Virus record (IMG/VR): IMGVR_UViG_3300037467_001781
Coordinates: 1-44,117 of that record
Length of the DNA stretch: 44,117 nt
Source: a virus
Taxonomy: Duplodnaviria; Caudoviricetes
Direction: 5' to 3' (one strand)
In this document: in pieces, positions 1 to 9,372 of the stretch
How positions within the stretch are numbered: the first letter of the stretch is position 1
Layout: the number at the start of each line of letters is the position of its first letter
Position numbers and translations under genes: made by a program
Notes under the pieces: model-generated
Databases searched by the model: none
Seen by the model: only the letters and a program-made list of their open reading frames with translations
Told to the model about the DNA's origin: nothing

Positions 1-111
1 GCGTTGCCGCCGCCTTCGTGGCGCAGCACAACAACGACAGCCGGCGTGACGGCGGCGTCAATCCCGGCCGGCCAGCGGATGAGCCTGTCTCGACGATCAC
101 TGCCAATCCGC
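1..111. repeat. Terminal direct repeat (copy 1), assembly overlap of a circular genome
   Basis: nt 1-111 are identical to 44007-44117; the junction lies inside the C5 methyltransferase ORF and keeps its frame. Confidence 0.95.
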
Positions 112-779
112 AACAGGGCGTTGTCTCAGCCTTCGTGGCGAGGCAGTTCGGAACCTCCATAGGCCACGGCGTCGAAGAGCCGACGCATACGGCGACCGCC
201 GGGGTAAATAAGTCCATGCTCGTCGCGCCGCATCTGATGACGATGCGGAACGCGCAGAAGCCGTTCTCGTCGCCCGAAGAGCCGGCGCACACCATCACCG
301 CTGGCGGCGCAGGCCTGACGATCGTGGCGCCTTTCATCAGCAAGTATTACGGCGTCGAGCAGGAATCCGGTCACGACGAACCGTTGCACACTGCCACCGG
401 GAAAGCCCGGTTCGGTCATGTCGAAGCCGAGCTTGCGCTTCCGCCATTCACGGAAGACATGGTTGACCGCGCTCGTGAGGTTGCCGCGTTTCTGCGCGCG
501 CATGGCGAATGGGACGATCGCGAGTTCGTGACGTTTGATATCGACGGCATCAATGTCGTGATGGTCGACATCGGCATGCGTATGCTGACGCCGCGCGAGC
601 TGTTCTGCGCGCAGGGCTTCCCGGCCGATTACATCATCGACCTCGAATTCAAAGGCAAGCCGCTGCCGAAGAGCGACCAGATTGCCTGTTGCGGCAACAG
701 CGTGTCGCCGCCGCTGGCCGAGGCGCTGGTCGCGGCCAATTGCGGGCATCTGGCGCGCTATCGCGAGGCGGCGGAATGA
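1..779 (+). CDS. C-terminal part of DNA cytosine-C5 methyltransferase (continues from 42596 across the circular junction)
   Basis: Motifs IX/X: RMLTPRELFCAQGFP and QIACCGNSVSPPLAEAL; in frame with the ORF starting at 42596. Confidence 0.92.
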   Translation, partial: VAAAFVAQHNNDSRRDGGVNPGRPADEPVSTITANPQQGVVSAFVARQFGTSIGHGVEEPTHTATAGVNKSMLVAPHLMTMRNAQKPFSSPEEPAHTITAGGAGLTIVAPFISKYYGVEQESGHDEPLHTATGKARFGHVEAELALPPFTEDMVDRAREVAAFLRAHGEWDDREFVTFDIDGINVVMVDIGMRMLTPRELFCAQGFPADYIIDLEFKGKPLPKSDQIACCGNSVSPPLAEALVAANCGHLARYREAAE

Positions 780-1333
780 ACGCGCACGCCTCTCCCGCTG
801 CTGTCCGGCTAAAGGCCATCAAGGCCGCGCTCGAAGCGATCGAGCCGGGCCATTGGACGCGTGTGCAGGACGAAAGCGGCGCCTTCATTGAGGCGCGCGG
901 CGAGATGCCGGGCGAGGTGTTCGTCCTGGCGCGCTTCGGCGACGGCGCGACGGTCGACGAGATCAACTTCGCCAGCGACGCGCCTGACATGGTGCGCTTC
1001 CTGCTTGGCCTGCTGGCGCGCGCCTTCGACGAGATCCGCGAGTTGCGCGGCGAGCCGCCAGTACGCAACGAGCCGGCCCGTGAGCCGGCGGCGCGCTCGG
1101 CCAAGAACTTCGCGACCGAATGCGCGCTGAAATGCCAGGACGCCCGCTTCAAGGTCTTCCTCGAGGAGCGGCACGGGCTCGAACGCCCGCTGACCGACGA
1201 GCGCGTGGTGCAACGTGTGCGCTCGCAGCTCGGTGTCCAATCTCGAAACGAACTGAACAATGGCGGAGACGCGGCGGAGCGCTGGAAAGCGTTGCGCGCC
1301 GATTTTGCCGCATGGCTGAAGGCGGAACGATAG
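776..1333 (+). CDS. Hypothetical phage early protein (185 aa)
   Basis: ATGA overlap with the MTase stop; MNAHASPAAVRLKAIK...; fits operon. Confidence 0.8.
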   Translation: MNAHASPAAVRLKAIKAALEAIEPGHWTRVQDESGAFIEARGEMPGEVFVLARFGDGATVDEINFASDAPDMVRFLLGLLARAFDEIRELRGEPPVRNEPAREPAARSAKNFATECALKCQDARFKVFLEERHGLERPLTDERVVQRVRSQLGVQSRNELNNGGDAAERWKALRADFAAWLKAER

Positions 1334-1336
1334 AAC

Positions 1337-2515
1337 ATGGCCGAAGAAGCCACCATCCGACGCGGTGTGCGCAATGCGCGCTATACCACTGTTCCAAACC
1401 ACGTTTTTGAGGATGTCCGCCTTTCCATGGAGGCGCGCTGGCTGCTCGGCTATCTGTTGTCCAAGCCGGATAACTGGACCGTCATCCTCGGCGACATCGC
1501 CAAGCGCGGCGGCTGCGGTCGCGACAAGGCGCGCCGCATTGTCAATGAACTTGTCCAGCACGGCTATGCCGAGAAGGAACAGGAGCGCGAGGAAGGCCGG
1601 TTCGGCAAGCTCTCGCTGGTCATCTTCGACGAGCCGCGAGAGCAGCGTGAGAGCAGTGTCGCCGAGGGTGCTGTTGCATCTTTGCCGCAGACTGAAAACC
1701 CGTCGACGGTGAATCCGTCGACGGCAAATCCGACACTAGTAAATACTGATGGTTTAGTAACTCCTGACAGTAACCCTGAGAGAGAGCGCGGGCGCGAGGA
1801 TCGGAAAAAGATCGAAGCCTCCTTCTGGCGCATGGTCCGCGTCTGGCCACAGCAGAAGGGCATGCCGACCGACAGGGCGTGGCGGGCGTTCTTGGCCTTG
1901 ACCGACGAAGAGCGAGCCGAGGCCGAACGGAAGTTCCCGCTGTGGCTAGCCCTGCTCAAGGCGCAGAAGAAGGATCACACCCCGGCGCCATCGACATATT
2001 TCGAGCAGAAGCTTTGGGTGGATGTTCCCAAGCCAGAACCGGAAAAGCCGAAGCCGACCTATGCGCCGGCCTTCGGCCCAGTGTGGGCAGGCATCCGCAT
2101 GCGCGACCTGGTCACCGGTCCAAAGGCGGAGCCGGCACCGCTCAAGGGCTGGGAGGAGCGGGCGATAGCCGATGGCACGCTTAATCGCGCCGTGCTCGAA
2201 AAGGGAAACCTGATGCGTGCCGGATGGCCAATGGTCAACGCGCTGCATTTCACGGCAGAGACCCGCGGTCTCGGTGTGCATGACTTCGGCCCTGTCGAGG
2301 AAGCGCTCGGCAAGCTGTGCGAGTTCGTGCCGATCGACGGTGATTGCTGGAATGCGTGGAAGGCCGAGCATGAGCGGCGCGGCTGGCCGTGGCTTCCCGA
2401 TCCCGGCTCGATGCGTGGTGTCTACTTCCCGGCTGGCGGGCCGGACGGACTGGAAGCATTCGAACAGGCGTTGCGAGGGAACCATGATGCGGGCGGACGT
2501 GAAGCGGCGGAATAG
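1337..2515 (+). CDS. Phage replication initiator (N-terminal winged HTH, lambda O-like position)
   Basis: YTTVPNHVFEDVRLSMEARWLLGYLLSKPDNW...ELVQHGY N-terminus typical of phage initiators; internal iteron-like repeats. Confidence 0.8.
   Translation: MAEEATIRRGVRNARYTTVPNHVFEDVRLSMEARWLLGYLLSKPDNWTVILGDIAKRGGCGRDKARRIVNELVQHGYAEKEQEREEGRFGKLSLVIFDEPREQRESSVAEGAVASLPQTENPSTVNPSTANPTLVNTDGLVTPDSNPERERGREDRKKIEASFWRMVRVWPQQKGMPTDRAWRAFLALTDEERAEAERKFPLWLALLKAQKKDHTPAPSTYFEQKLWVDVPKPEPEKPKPTYAPAFGPVWAGIRMRDLVTGPKAEPAPLKGWEERAIADGTLNRAVLEKGNLMRAGWPMVNALHFTAETRGLGVHDFGPVEEALGKLCEFVPIDGDCWNAWKAEHERRGWPWLPDPGSMRGVYFPAGGPDGLEAFEQALRGNHDAGGREAAE
1696..1775. other. Putative replication origin (iterons plus AT-rich tract) inside the initiator gene
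   Basis: 15-bp periodic repeats with palindrome CCGTCGACGG at 1700-1709 and 1715-1724, a degenerate third copy, then AT-rich actagtaaatactgatggtttagtaa. Confidence 0.55.
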
Positions 2516-3167
2516 CGAACACGCCTGGGTCGACCCTTCGACAGGCGAGATCATCAACGTCGACCGTGCCTGGCAGAAGAGCGACAAGCGAATCGCAGTT
2601 CGCCGACGCGACCAGGCGCTGCTTGCAGCGGCAGGGATGGATGGACCGCAAGCGCATTGGTATGTGCTTCGGGTCGAGGATCGGGCCGACATTGCTGTGG
2701 ATAAGTCGCTCGAAGATGCCAATGTCGAGCGCGTCATGCTGCACACGGAAGCGGAGCCAAAGCGCCGTGGCGGGCGCAAACACCAGTGTCTTGAGCCGGT
2801 CAGGATCCCGTCGTTTCCGGGCTACATCTTCGTGAAAGTGGTGTCCTGTCCGGTGACTTGGGCAGGCCTACGCACCCTTGCCGGCGTGCTCGGTCCGATA
2901 GGCGGATGCGAGAACCCGAGCCCGGTGAGCGAACAGGAAATCCTTAAATTCCAAGCGCGTATCGAGAACGACCCCGATGCGATCGCCGTGCTGACCAATG
3001 CTCTGAAGGCGGGCGACAAGGTGTCGATCGACAGCGGACCGTTCGCAGGCTTCGAGACTGTCGTGCTGTTGCTCAAGGACAAGCAGCGCATGTCGGTCGA
3101 GGTCAACGTGTTCGGTCGGGCTGTGCCTCTCGACGTCGATCTTGCCAACGTCACGAAACTGGATTAG
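2484..3167 (+). CDS. NusG-family transcription antitermination factor (late gene regulator)
   Basis: NGN motifs HWYVLRV and FPGYIFVKV; KOW motif GDKVSIDSGPFAGF; VNVFGRAVPL; sits in the Q-equivalent position. Confidence 0.9.
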   Translation: MMRADVKRRNSEHAWVDPSTGEIINVDRAWQKSDKRIAVRRRDQALLAAAGMDGPQAHWYVLRVEDRADIAVDKSLEDANVERVMLHTEAEPKRRGGRKHQCLEPVRIPSFPGYIFVKVVSCPVTWAGLRTLAGVLGPIGGCENPSPVSEQEILKFQARIENDPDAIAVLTNALKAGDKVSIDSGPFAGFETVVLLLKDKQRMSVEVNVFGRAVPLDVDLANVTKLD

Positions 3168-3258
3168 CGAGTCTGCCCCAGGACGAGCTGAAAGAGTCGC
3201 ACGCCGAAAGGTGGACCGCGCCATCAGCCCCAGGCGAAGCACCCCCAGCTTCGCCGCA
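3168..3258 (+). promoter_or_regulatory. Structured late-leader element (candidate antitermination or late-promoter RNA)
   Basis: Direct repeat GCCCCAGG at 3175 and 3227; GCTGA/TCAGC pairing enclosing a GAAA-loop hairpin; perfect 8-bp stem 3233-3255. Confidence 0.4.
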
Positions 3259-3573
3259 ATGGAAAAGATTCCGGACATCATGAGCAGAGACGCAGCGCCA
3301 TGGCGGCGCTGGTACAAGACGGCGCGATGGCAGCAGCTGCGCGAACGCATCCTGCTTCGCGACATGTTCATCTGCCAGCGGACAGGTGTGATGCTCATCG
3401 GCAAGCACCCTGCCCCGAACAGTCCAGTGGTTGACCACGTCAAGCCGCATCGCGGTGATGAGGCGCTGTTCTGGGACGAGAGCAACCTGATGTCGGTCTC
3501 AAAGGCGTGGCACGACAAGGCCAAGCAGGCCGAAGAGCAGGCCAGCCTGCAGCAACGCGGCGTCTGGCACTGA
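3259..3573 (+). CDS. HNH endonuclease (packaging-associated, HK97 gp74-like)
   Basis: WYKTARWQQLR...RDMFICQ...VVDHVKPHRGD...FWDESNL...WHDK; upstream of terS; start could be 3280. Confidence 0.9.
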   Translation: MEKIPDIMSRDAAPWRRWYKTARWQQLRERILLRDMFICQRTGVMLIGKHPAPNSPVVDHVKPHRGDEALFWDESNLMSVSKAWHDKAKQAEEQASLQQRGVWH

Positions 3574-3689
3574 TCTGCAAATTAGAAAAGTTGTGAGGCC
3601 TAACCTCGCCTCCTGCTCGAAAAAATGGGCTCGTAGGGTTCTGCGCACTCGCCCGATGTGACCCGAATGTCACACCTTCGAGGGTGTGG

Positions 3690-3783
3690 CAGGACCGCAA
3701 CACCGCAAGGGGGGGGTGGGTCGAAAGTCGAGACCCCCATCGGCCCTGGACCGGCGTCCCCCACATTCGGAGATTTTTTTTCG
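3690..3783. other. Probable cos packaging region
   Basis: Non-coding gap between HNH and terS with G8 run (3709-3716) followed by TGGGTCGAAAGT, typical of HK97-like cos regions; exact cut site not determinable. Confidence 0.5.
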
Positions 3784-4269
3784 ATGGAACCGAATTTTGA
3801 CCTGTTCGGTCATCCGGTTCGTGAGGGCTTCGGCAGTCGCGGCCGGCCACCGTACGAGCCGACCGAAAAAGATCGCAACAAAGTCAAGCTGTTGATGGCC
3901 TTGGGCTGGGTCAACAGCCGGATCGCCAATGCGATCGGCGTCTCGCCGGCGACTTTGAAGCGGTATTTTAGAGCCGACATGAAGGAACGCGATGCCATGC
4001 GCGATCGGCTTGACGCTCGTCGCTTCGAGATCGCGTTCGAGCAGGCGAACGCCGGCAACGTCACCGCCTTGCGCGAGCTCGGCGCCATGATCGACCGCAA
4101 CGATCGCATGACGATCGAGGCTTCCATGGGCAAGGGCAGCGATCGCGACGCGCCCGCATCCAGCGACAGGCTCGGCAAGAAGAAGATCGACGAGCAGCGC
4201 GCTCATGCCGCCGATGCTGACCTGATGGCCGAGCTCGAAAGCGAAGCGGCACAGAATGCTCGCCACTGA
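3784..4269 (+). CDS. terS: Terminase small subunit
   Basis: GRPPYEPT...IANAIGVSPATLKRYF HTH; directly upstream of and overlapping terL. Confidence 0.8.
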   Translation: MEPNFDLFGHPVREGFGSRGRPPYEPTEKDRNKVKLLMALGWVNSRIANAIGVSPATLKRYFRADMKERDAMRDRLDARRFEIAFEQANAGNVTALRELGAMIDRNDRMTIEASMGKGSDRDAPASSDRLGKKKIDEQRAHAADADLMAELESEAAQNARH

Positions 4270-5965
4270 GACGTCGCCGCGGTTCGCTTGCCCTGATTGG
4301 TGGGAGCGCATCAAGGCCGGGCAGACGCCGATGGCCGATGTGCCGCTCAATCAGGCGAAAGCAGCCAAGGCGCTGGCGTTCTTCAACCGGCTCAAACTGC
4401 CGGATGTGCCGGGTAACCCGTCTCTGGCGGATGCATGCGGCGAGTGGTTCCGAGAAATCCTGTGCGCATTCCTGGCCAGCGAGGATCCGGAGACCAAGCA
4501 GCGCCTCGTGTGGGAGCTGCTCTGCATGGTGCCGAAGAAGAACTCGAAGACGACTTACGTCGCCGCGCTCGGTCTGACTGCGCTGTTCATGGAGGAAGCG
4601 CCGAACAGGCAGATGCTGATCGTCGCGCCGAGCCAGAACATCTCGGAACGGTGCTTCGACCAGGCGCAGGGGATGATCAGGCTAGATCCTCGGCTCGACG
4701 CCATCTTCAAGGTGCAGGATCACCTGAAATGCATCGAGCGCCGCAAGACCGGCACGCAGCTCGACGTCAAGTCCTTCGACACCTCGATCGTCACCGGCGA
4801 AATCCCGATACTGACGATCATCGACGAGGTGCATGAGCTGGGCAAGAAGAAAGGCGCCGCCGCCGTCATGCAGCAGATACGCGGCGGCGGCATCACCATG
4901 CAGGGCGGCCAGTTGCTGATGATCACGACGCAGTCCGACGAACAGCCGGCCGGCATCTGGAAGACCGAGCTCGACAAGGCACGCAAGATCCGTGACGGCA
5001 AGGGCGGCGAAGCGCCGATCCTGCTGCCGGTGCTTTATGAATTCCCGGCCGACAAGCAGCGCGACCAGGCGTTTTGGCGCGATCAGCGCAACTGGCGCTA
5101 CCTGCTGCCGAACATCGGTCGCTCGATCGATCCGCAGCGCCTGGTCGCGGACTATGAGAACAACGGTCGTGCGACGCAGGAAGCCGAGCAGATATGGCTA
5201 TCCCAGCATCTCAACATCGAGATCGGCGTCGGCTTCGGCGATGATGGATGGCGGGGCGCCGATTACTGGGAAGACCGTGGCGATCCGTCGCTTACGCTGG
5301 AATCGCTGCTTGCCCGTTCGGAAGTCGCCGTGGTGGGCGCCGACGGCGGCGGCCTCGACGATCTGTTCGGCATATGCGTCATTGGTCGCGAGAAGATCAC
5401 CCGCCGCTGGCTGGTCTGGACCCATGCCTTCGCGCATCCGAAGGTTCTCGAGGTGCGCAAGGAAATCGCGCCGCGGTTGCTGGACTTCGAGGCTGATGGC
5501 GATCTCACTATCTGCGAGGTTTCAGCCTACATCGCCCGCATTGCAGAAATTGCCGCGCAGGTGCGCGACGCCGGCCTGATGCCGGAAAAGAACGCGGTCG
5601 GCTTCGACCCAAACAATATCGCTGCATTCGTCGATGCGCTGGCTCTGCAGAAAATCGACGGCTTGATGCTTCATCGGCTGCGCCAGGGCCCTGCCCTGTC
5701 GCCGGCCTTATGGGGTCTTGAGCACAAGCTGAGCGACGACACGATCAGCCACGACGGCTCGGCGATGATGGCTTGGTCGGTCGGCAACGTGAAGATCGAG
5801 GTCAAGGGCAACGGCAACATGGCCACCAAGCAGGCGGCCGGCCGCACCAAGATCGACCCGGTGATCGCCATGCTATGCGCGGCGATCCTGATGAGCTGGA
5901 ACCCCGAAGCGTCGCCCGATGGCAACATGGGCGACTACTTCAAATCCCTGGCAGGTGCCGCTTGA
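4256..5965 (+). CDS. terL: Terminase large subunit
   Basis: Walker A-like VPKKNSKT, Walker B IIDEVH, coupling motif ITTQ, nuclease DGGGLDDL, C-terminal KIDPVIA. Confidence 0.95.
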   Translation: MLATETSPRFACPDWWERIKAGQTPMADVPLNQAKAAKALAFFNRLKLPDVPGNPSLADACGEWFREILCAFLASEDPETKQRLVWELLCMVPKKNSKTTYVAALGLTALFMEEAPNRQMLIVAPSQNISERCFDQAQGMIRLDPRLDAIFKVQDHLKCIERRKTGTQLDVKSFDTSIVTGEIPILTIIDEVHELGKKKGAAAVMQQIRGGGITMQGGQLLMITTQSDEQPAGIWKTELDKARKIRDGKGGEAPILLPVLYEFPADKQRDQAFWRDQRNWRYLLPNIGRSIDPQRLVADYENNGRATQEAEQIWLSQHLNIEIGVGFGDDGWRGADYWEDRGDPSLTLESLLARSEVAVVGADGGGLDDLFGICVIGREKITRRWLVWTHAFAHPKVLEVRKEIAPRLLDFEADGDLTICEVSAYIARIAEIAAQVRDAGLMPEKNAVGFDPNNIAAFVDALALQKIDGLMLHRLRQGPALSPALWGLEHKLSDDTISHDGSAMMAWSVGNVKIEVKGNGNMATKQAAGRTKIDPVIAMLCAAILMSWNPEASPDGNMGDYFKSLAGAA

Positions 5966-7191
5966 AGCTGTTTCGCAAGATGGCCGACATGGTGGTTCGC
6001 GCTTTGACGGTGCGGGAGCCGGACGGCTGGTTTCCTGCCGGACAGACCGGCGACGCCGGAGAGCCCGTCACAACGCACAGCGCCCTTGCCCTGTCGGCGG
6101 TGTGGGCGTGCGTCAATCTGATCTCCGGCACGATCTCTTCGCTGCCGTTGATGGTCTACCGGGCGGCGGCAGACGGCACCCGCACGGTCGCCAAGGACCA
6201 TCCCCTGTATCGCGTCCTGCATGACAGCCCGAATTTCGACCAGACGGCGGTCGACTTCTGGGATTTCGTCTGCGCGACGCTCGAATTGCATGGCGACGGG
6301 ATTGCGCGCATCGTTCCCGGATCCGGGCATTTCGTCGGCGGCCTAGTCCCCGTGCGTCCCGACATCGTCTCCCGGCGCCGCATGTCCAGCGGTGTCATCG
6401 AATATCGCTGGTCTCAAGATGGCCGCTCCTATGTCGAGACCGATGCGACCATGTTGCACATCCGCGGTCCTGGCGGCGATCCCCTCGGCGGCATGTCGAC
6501 GTTGCATTTCGGTCGACATGCCTTCTCGCTCGCCCGTGCGACGGACAAGGCTGCCGGCAAGACCTTCGCCAATGGGTTGCGTCCCTCGGGAGGTCTGAAG
6601 TTCGACAAGTGGTTGAGCACTGAACAGCGCAATATCGCCCGGTCAGAGATCGCCGACAAGATCGGCGCCGACAATGCCGGCAAGCCGATCATCCTTGAGG
6701 GTGGCACCGATTGGGTGAATTTCACCCTCAAGCCGGAAGACGCGCAGATGCTCGAATCGCGCGCCTTCTCGGTCGAGGAAATCTGTCGCTTCTTCGGCGT
6801 GCCGCCGGTCATGATCGGCCATACGTCGAAGACGACGAGTTGGCCGACCGGTGTCGAGCAGCAGGGCCTGATCCTGCAGAAGTTCACGCTGCGCCGCCGG
6901 CTGAAGCGCATCGAGCAGGCCCTCGAAAAGCAGTTGCTGACGCCGCAGGACAGGGTCGCCGGCATTTCGATCGAGTTCAACATCGAAGGTCTGTTGCGCG
7001 CCGACAGCGCCGGTCGGTCTGCCTTCTACAAGGACATGACCTCGATCGGCGCCATGACCATCAATGAAGTGCGCATGCGCGAGAACATGCCCAAGGTCGA
7101 AGGCGGAGATGTGCCTCGCATGCAAATGCAGAACATCCCGATCACGGCCAATCCGGCTGACCAACAGAACCTGATCGGAGGTCCGAAATGA
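5962..7191 (+). CDS. Portal protein, HK97 family
   Basis: ALALSAVWACVNLISGTISSLPL, PEDAQMLESRAFSVEEICRFFGVPP, GAMTINEVR; TTG start overlapping terL stop. Confidence 0.95.
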   Translation: MKLFRKMADMVVRALTVREPDGWFPAGQTGDAGEPVTTHSALALSAVWACVNLISGTISSLPLMVYRAAADGTRTVAKDHPLYRVLHDSPNFDQTAVDFWDFVCATLELHGDGIARIVPGSGHFVGGLVPVRPDIVSRRRMSSGVIEYRWSQDGRSYVETDATMLHIRGPGGDPLGGMSTLHFGRHAFSLARATDKAAGKTFANGLRPSGGLKFDKWLSTEQRNIARSEIADKIGADNAGKPIILEGGTDWVNFTLKPEDAQMLESRAFSVEEICRFFGVPPVMIGHTSKTTSWPTGVEQQGLILQKFTLRRRLKRIEQALEKQLLTPQDRVAGISIEFNIEGLLRADSAGRSAFYKDMTSIGAMTINEVRMRENMPKVEGGDVPRMQMQNIPITANPADQQNLIGGPK

Positions 7192-7853
7192 AGACGAAGG
7201 ATTTCGCCCTGCAGGTCAAGGACCTGTCGGATGACGGCACATTCGAGGGTTATGGTTCGATCTTCGGCAACGTTGATTCCTACGGCGAAAAGGTCATGCC
7301 GGGCGCTTTCGTGGAGAGCCTGGCGCGTCACAAGCGTGAAGGCAGCAACGTCCTCATGCTGTGGAACCACGATGCGCATCAGCCGATCGGCGTGTGGGAA
7401 GACCTGGCGGAAGACGCGAAAGGCCTGTGGGGTAAGGGTAGGTTCCTTCTCGACATCCAGCGTGCCCGCGAGGTGCACACGCTTGCCAAGAACAAGGCGA
7501 TCGGCGGCTTGTCGATCGGATATCGCGAGGAAGACACCGACCAGGATGGAGCGGTGCGCCTGCTGAAAAAGCTGAACCTCTACGAGATCAGCCCTGTCAC
7601 GTTCCCGGCAAACCGCCGTGCGCGTATCGAGGCTGTCAAATCCGAACGCATGGACGAGTTCGCCCGTCGCATCCGCGATGGCGAGCCTCCGCCAGTCAAA
7701 GAATTCGAGGACATCCTGCGTGAGGCAGGCGTCCCCAAAGCCATGGCCGTGCAGATCGCCTCTGTCGGCTATGCGAAAGCCATTCGGAGCGAGTCCGAGG
7801 GCAGCAAGGCGAAAGAACCGGCCGCTTTCCTGCAGGCGCTCCTGCGCGGCTGA
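7188..7853 (+). CDS. Prohead protease, HK97 family
   Basis: FEGYGSIFGNVDSYGE, MLWNHD, GLSIGY, LYEISPVTFPAN. Confidence 0.95.
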   Translation: MKTKDFALQVKDLSDDGTFEGYGSIFGNVDSYGEKVMPGAFVESLARHKREGSNVLMLWNHDAHQPIGVWEDLAEDAKGLWGKGRFLLDIQRAREVHTLAKNKAIGGLSIGYREEDTDQDGAVRLLKKLNLYEISPVTFPANRRARIEAVKSERMDEFARRIRDGEPPPVKEFEDILREAGVPKAMAVQIASVGYAKAIRSESEGSKAKEPAAFLQALLRG

Positions 7854-7883
7854 TTACTCACCAACTGTTCAAAGGACATCGCT

Positions 7884-9308
7884 ATGAAAATGAATATCGC
7901 CACGATGCTGGCGGTAGCGACCATCGCTGCGCTCGGCATTCTCACCGCCGGATCCGCGCACGCCGCCTTCGGCGTCGTCGATCCTTCCGCTCTCGCCACC
8001 CTTGCGCCCTTCGCCGCGGTGGGCGCCGGCGGCATCGCCCGCCTTGCGGCCTCGACCATCGGTCCGCGCATCTTCTTCGACAAGCCGTCCGACGGCACGG
8101 GGGGCGATGCCATCGACGTCGAAAAACTGGCCAAGGAGGTCAAGGAGAAGTTCCAGAAGGCCCTCGACGACGTCAAGGAGATCGCGGAGAACGCGCTCGG
8201 CAAGGCCAAGTCCGGCGAGGACCTGTCGAAAGACACGAAGTCGAAGGCCGACGAAGCCCTGACCAAGATGAACGGCCTTAGCGAGCAGCTGTCGACACTG
8301 GAACAGAAGCTCGCCCGCGTCGGCGGCGGCAATGACGACGACAAGCCGAAATCCTTCGGTGAGCAGTTCGTCGACAATGAGGACGTCAAGACCTGGATTT
8401 CCGGCCGGCCGTCCAAAGGCAAGACCGATCTGCGCATCAAGGCCACGCTGACTTCGGCCACGACCGATGCCGCCGGTTCGGTGGGTGATGCCATCGCGAA
8501 CACCCGTCTGCCTGGCATCCTGCCGCTGCCGCAGCGCCGGCTGACCGTCCGCGACCTGATTTCGACCGGTCGCATGGACGGGAACACGCTGGAATATGTG
8601 AAGGAGACCGGCTTCACCAACAATGCCGGCATGGTGGCGGAAGGCGCTTCCAAGCCGTCTTCGGACATCAAGCTCGACCTGATGACGACCTCGGCCAAGG
8701 TCATCGCGCACTGGATGAAGGCTTCGCGCCAGGTGCTCGACGACATTTCGCAGCTGCGTTCGATGATCGACCAGCGTCTGATCTACGGTCTCGCCTATAA
8801 AGAGGAATCGCAGATCCTGAATGGTGACAACACCGGCCAGAACCTGAATGGCATCATCCCGCAGGCGACCGGCTATTCCGCGCCGATCGCGCTCGCCGAT
8901 CAGACCATGATCGACGTTCTGCGCCTGGCGATGCTGCAGGCGGCGCTCGCCGAGTATCCCGCAACCGGCCACGTCCTGCATCCGACCGACTGGACCTATA
9001 TCGAGACCACCAAGGACGATATCGGCCGCTACATCATCGGCAATCCGCAGGGCTCGGTTTCCCCCACGCTCTGGGGTCTGCCGGTCGTAGCCACCCAGTC
9101 GATGACGGTACGCAAGTTCCTGACTGGCGCTTTCAAGCTCGGGGCCCAGATCTTCGACCGCTGGGACGCGCGTGTCGAGGCTGGCTTTGAGAATGACGAC
9201 TTCACCAAGAACCTCGTCACCATCCTCGCCGAAGAACGCGTCGCGCTCGCAGTATATCGCCCGGAAGCCTTCATCTACGGCGATTTCGACACCGCCCTGG
9301 CATCGTAA
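7884..9308 (+). CDS. Major capsid protein, HK97 fold, with coiled-coil delta domain and hydrophobic N-terminal leader
   Basis: RRLTVRDLI, AEGASKP, IAHWMKASRQVLDD, LWGLPVV, FTKNLVTILAEERVAL. Confidence 0.95.
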   Translation: MKMNIATMLAVATIAALGILTAGSAHAAFGVVDPSALATLAPFAAVGAGGIARLAASTIGPRIFFDKPSDGTGGDAIDVEKLAKEVKEKFQKALDDVKEIAENALGKAKSGEDLSKDTKSKADEALTKMNGLSEQLSTLEQKLARVGGGNDDDKPKSFGEQFVDNEDVKTWISGRPSKGKTDLRIKATLTSATTDAAGSVGDAIANTRLPGILPLPQRRLTVRDLISTGRMDGNTLEYVKETGFTNNAGMVAEGASKPSSDIKLDLMTTSAKVIAHWMKASRQVLDDISQLRSMIDQRLIYGLAYKEESQILNGDNTGQNLNGIIPQATGYSAPIALADQTMIDVLRLAMLQAALAEYPATGHVLHPTDWTYIETTKDDIGRYIIGNPQGSVSPTLWGLPVVATQSMTVRKFLTGAFKLGAQIFDRWDARVEAGFENDDFTKNLVTILAEERVALAVYRPEAFIYGDFDTALAS

Positions 9309-9312
9309 CGAG

Positions 9313-9362
9313 TTCGGCTGATCAAGGCGGGCGGCTTCACGCCGCCCGCTCTATCAACCGAA
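9313..9362 (+). terminator. Hairpin after capsid gene (terminator or mRNA-stability element)
   Basis: GCGGGCGGC-ttcac-GCCGCCCGC (9327-9349) with outer stem TTCGGCTGAT/ATCAACCGAA; no U-tract. Confidence 0.45.
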
Positions 9363-9372
9363 GGAGGTCGTC

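Noticed and set aside
1-111. 111-bp terminal repeat as biological DTR
   Set aside because: It falls mid-gene and the phage has HNH/cos-type packaging; best explained as assembler overlap
3168-3258. Hammerhead ribozyme
   Set aside because: CTGAAAGA and GAAA resemble but do not match the CUGANGA core with the required stems
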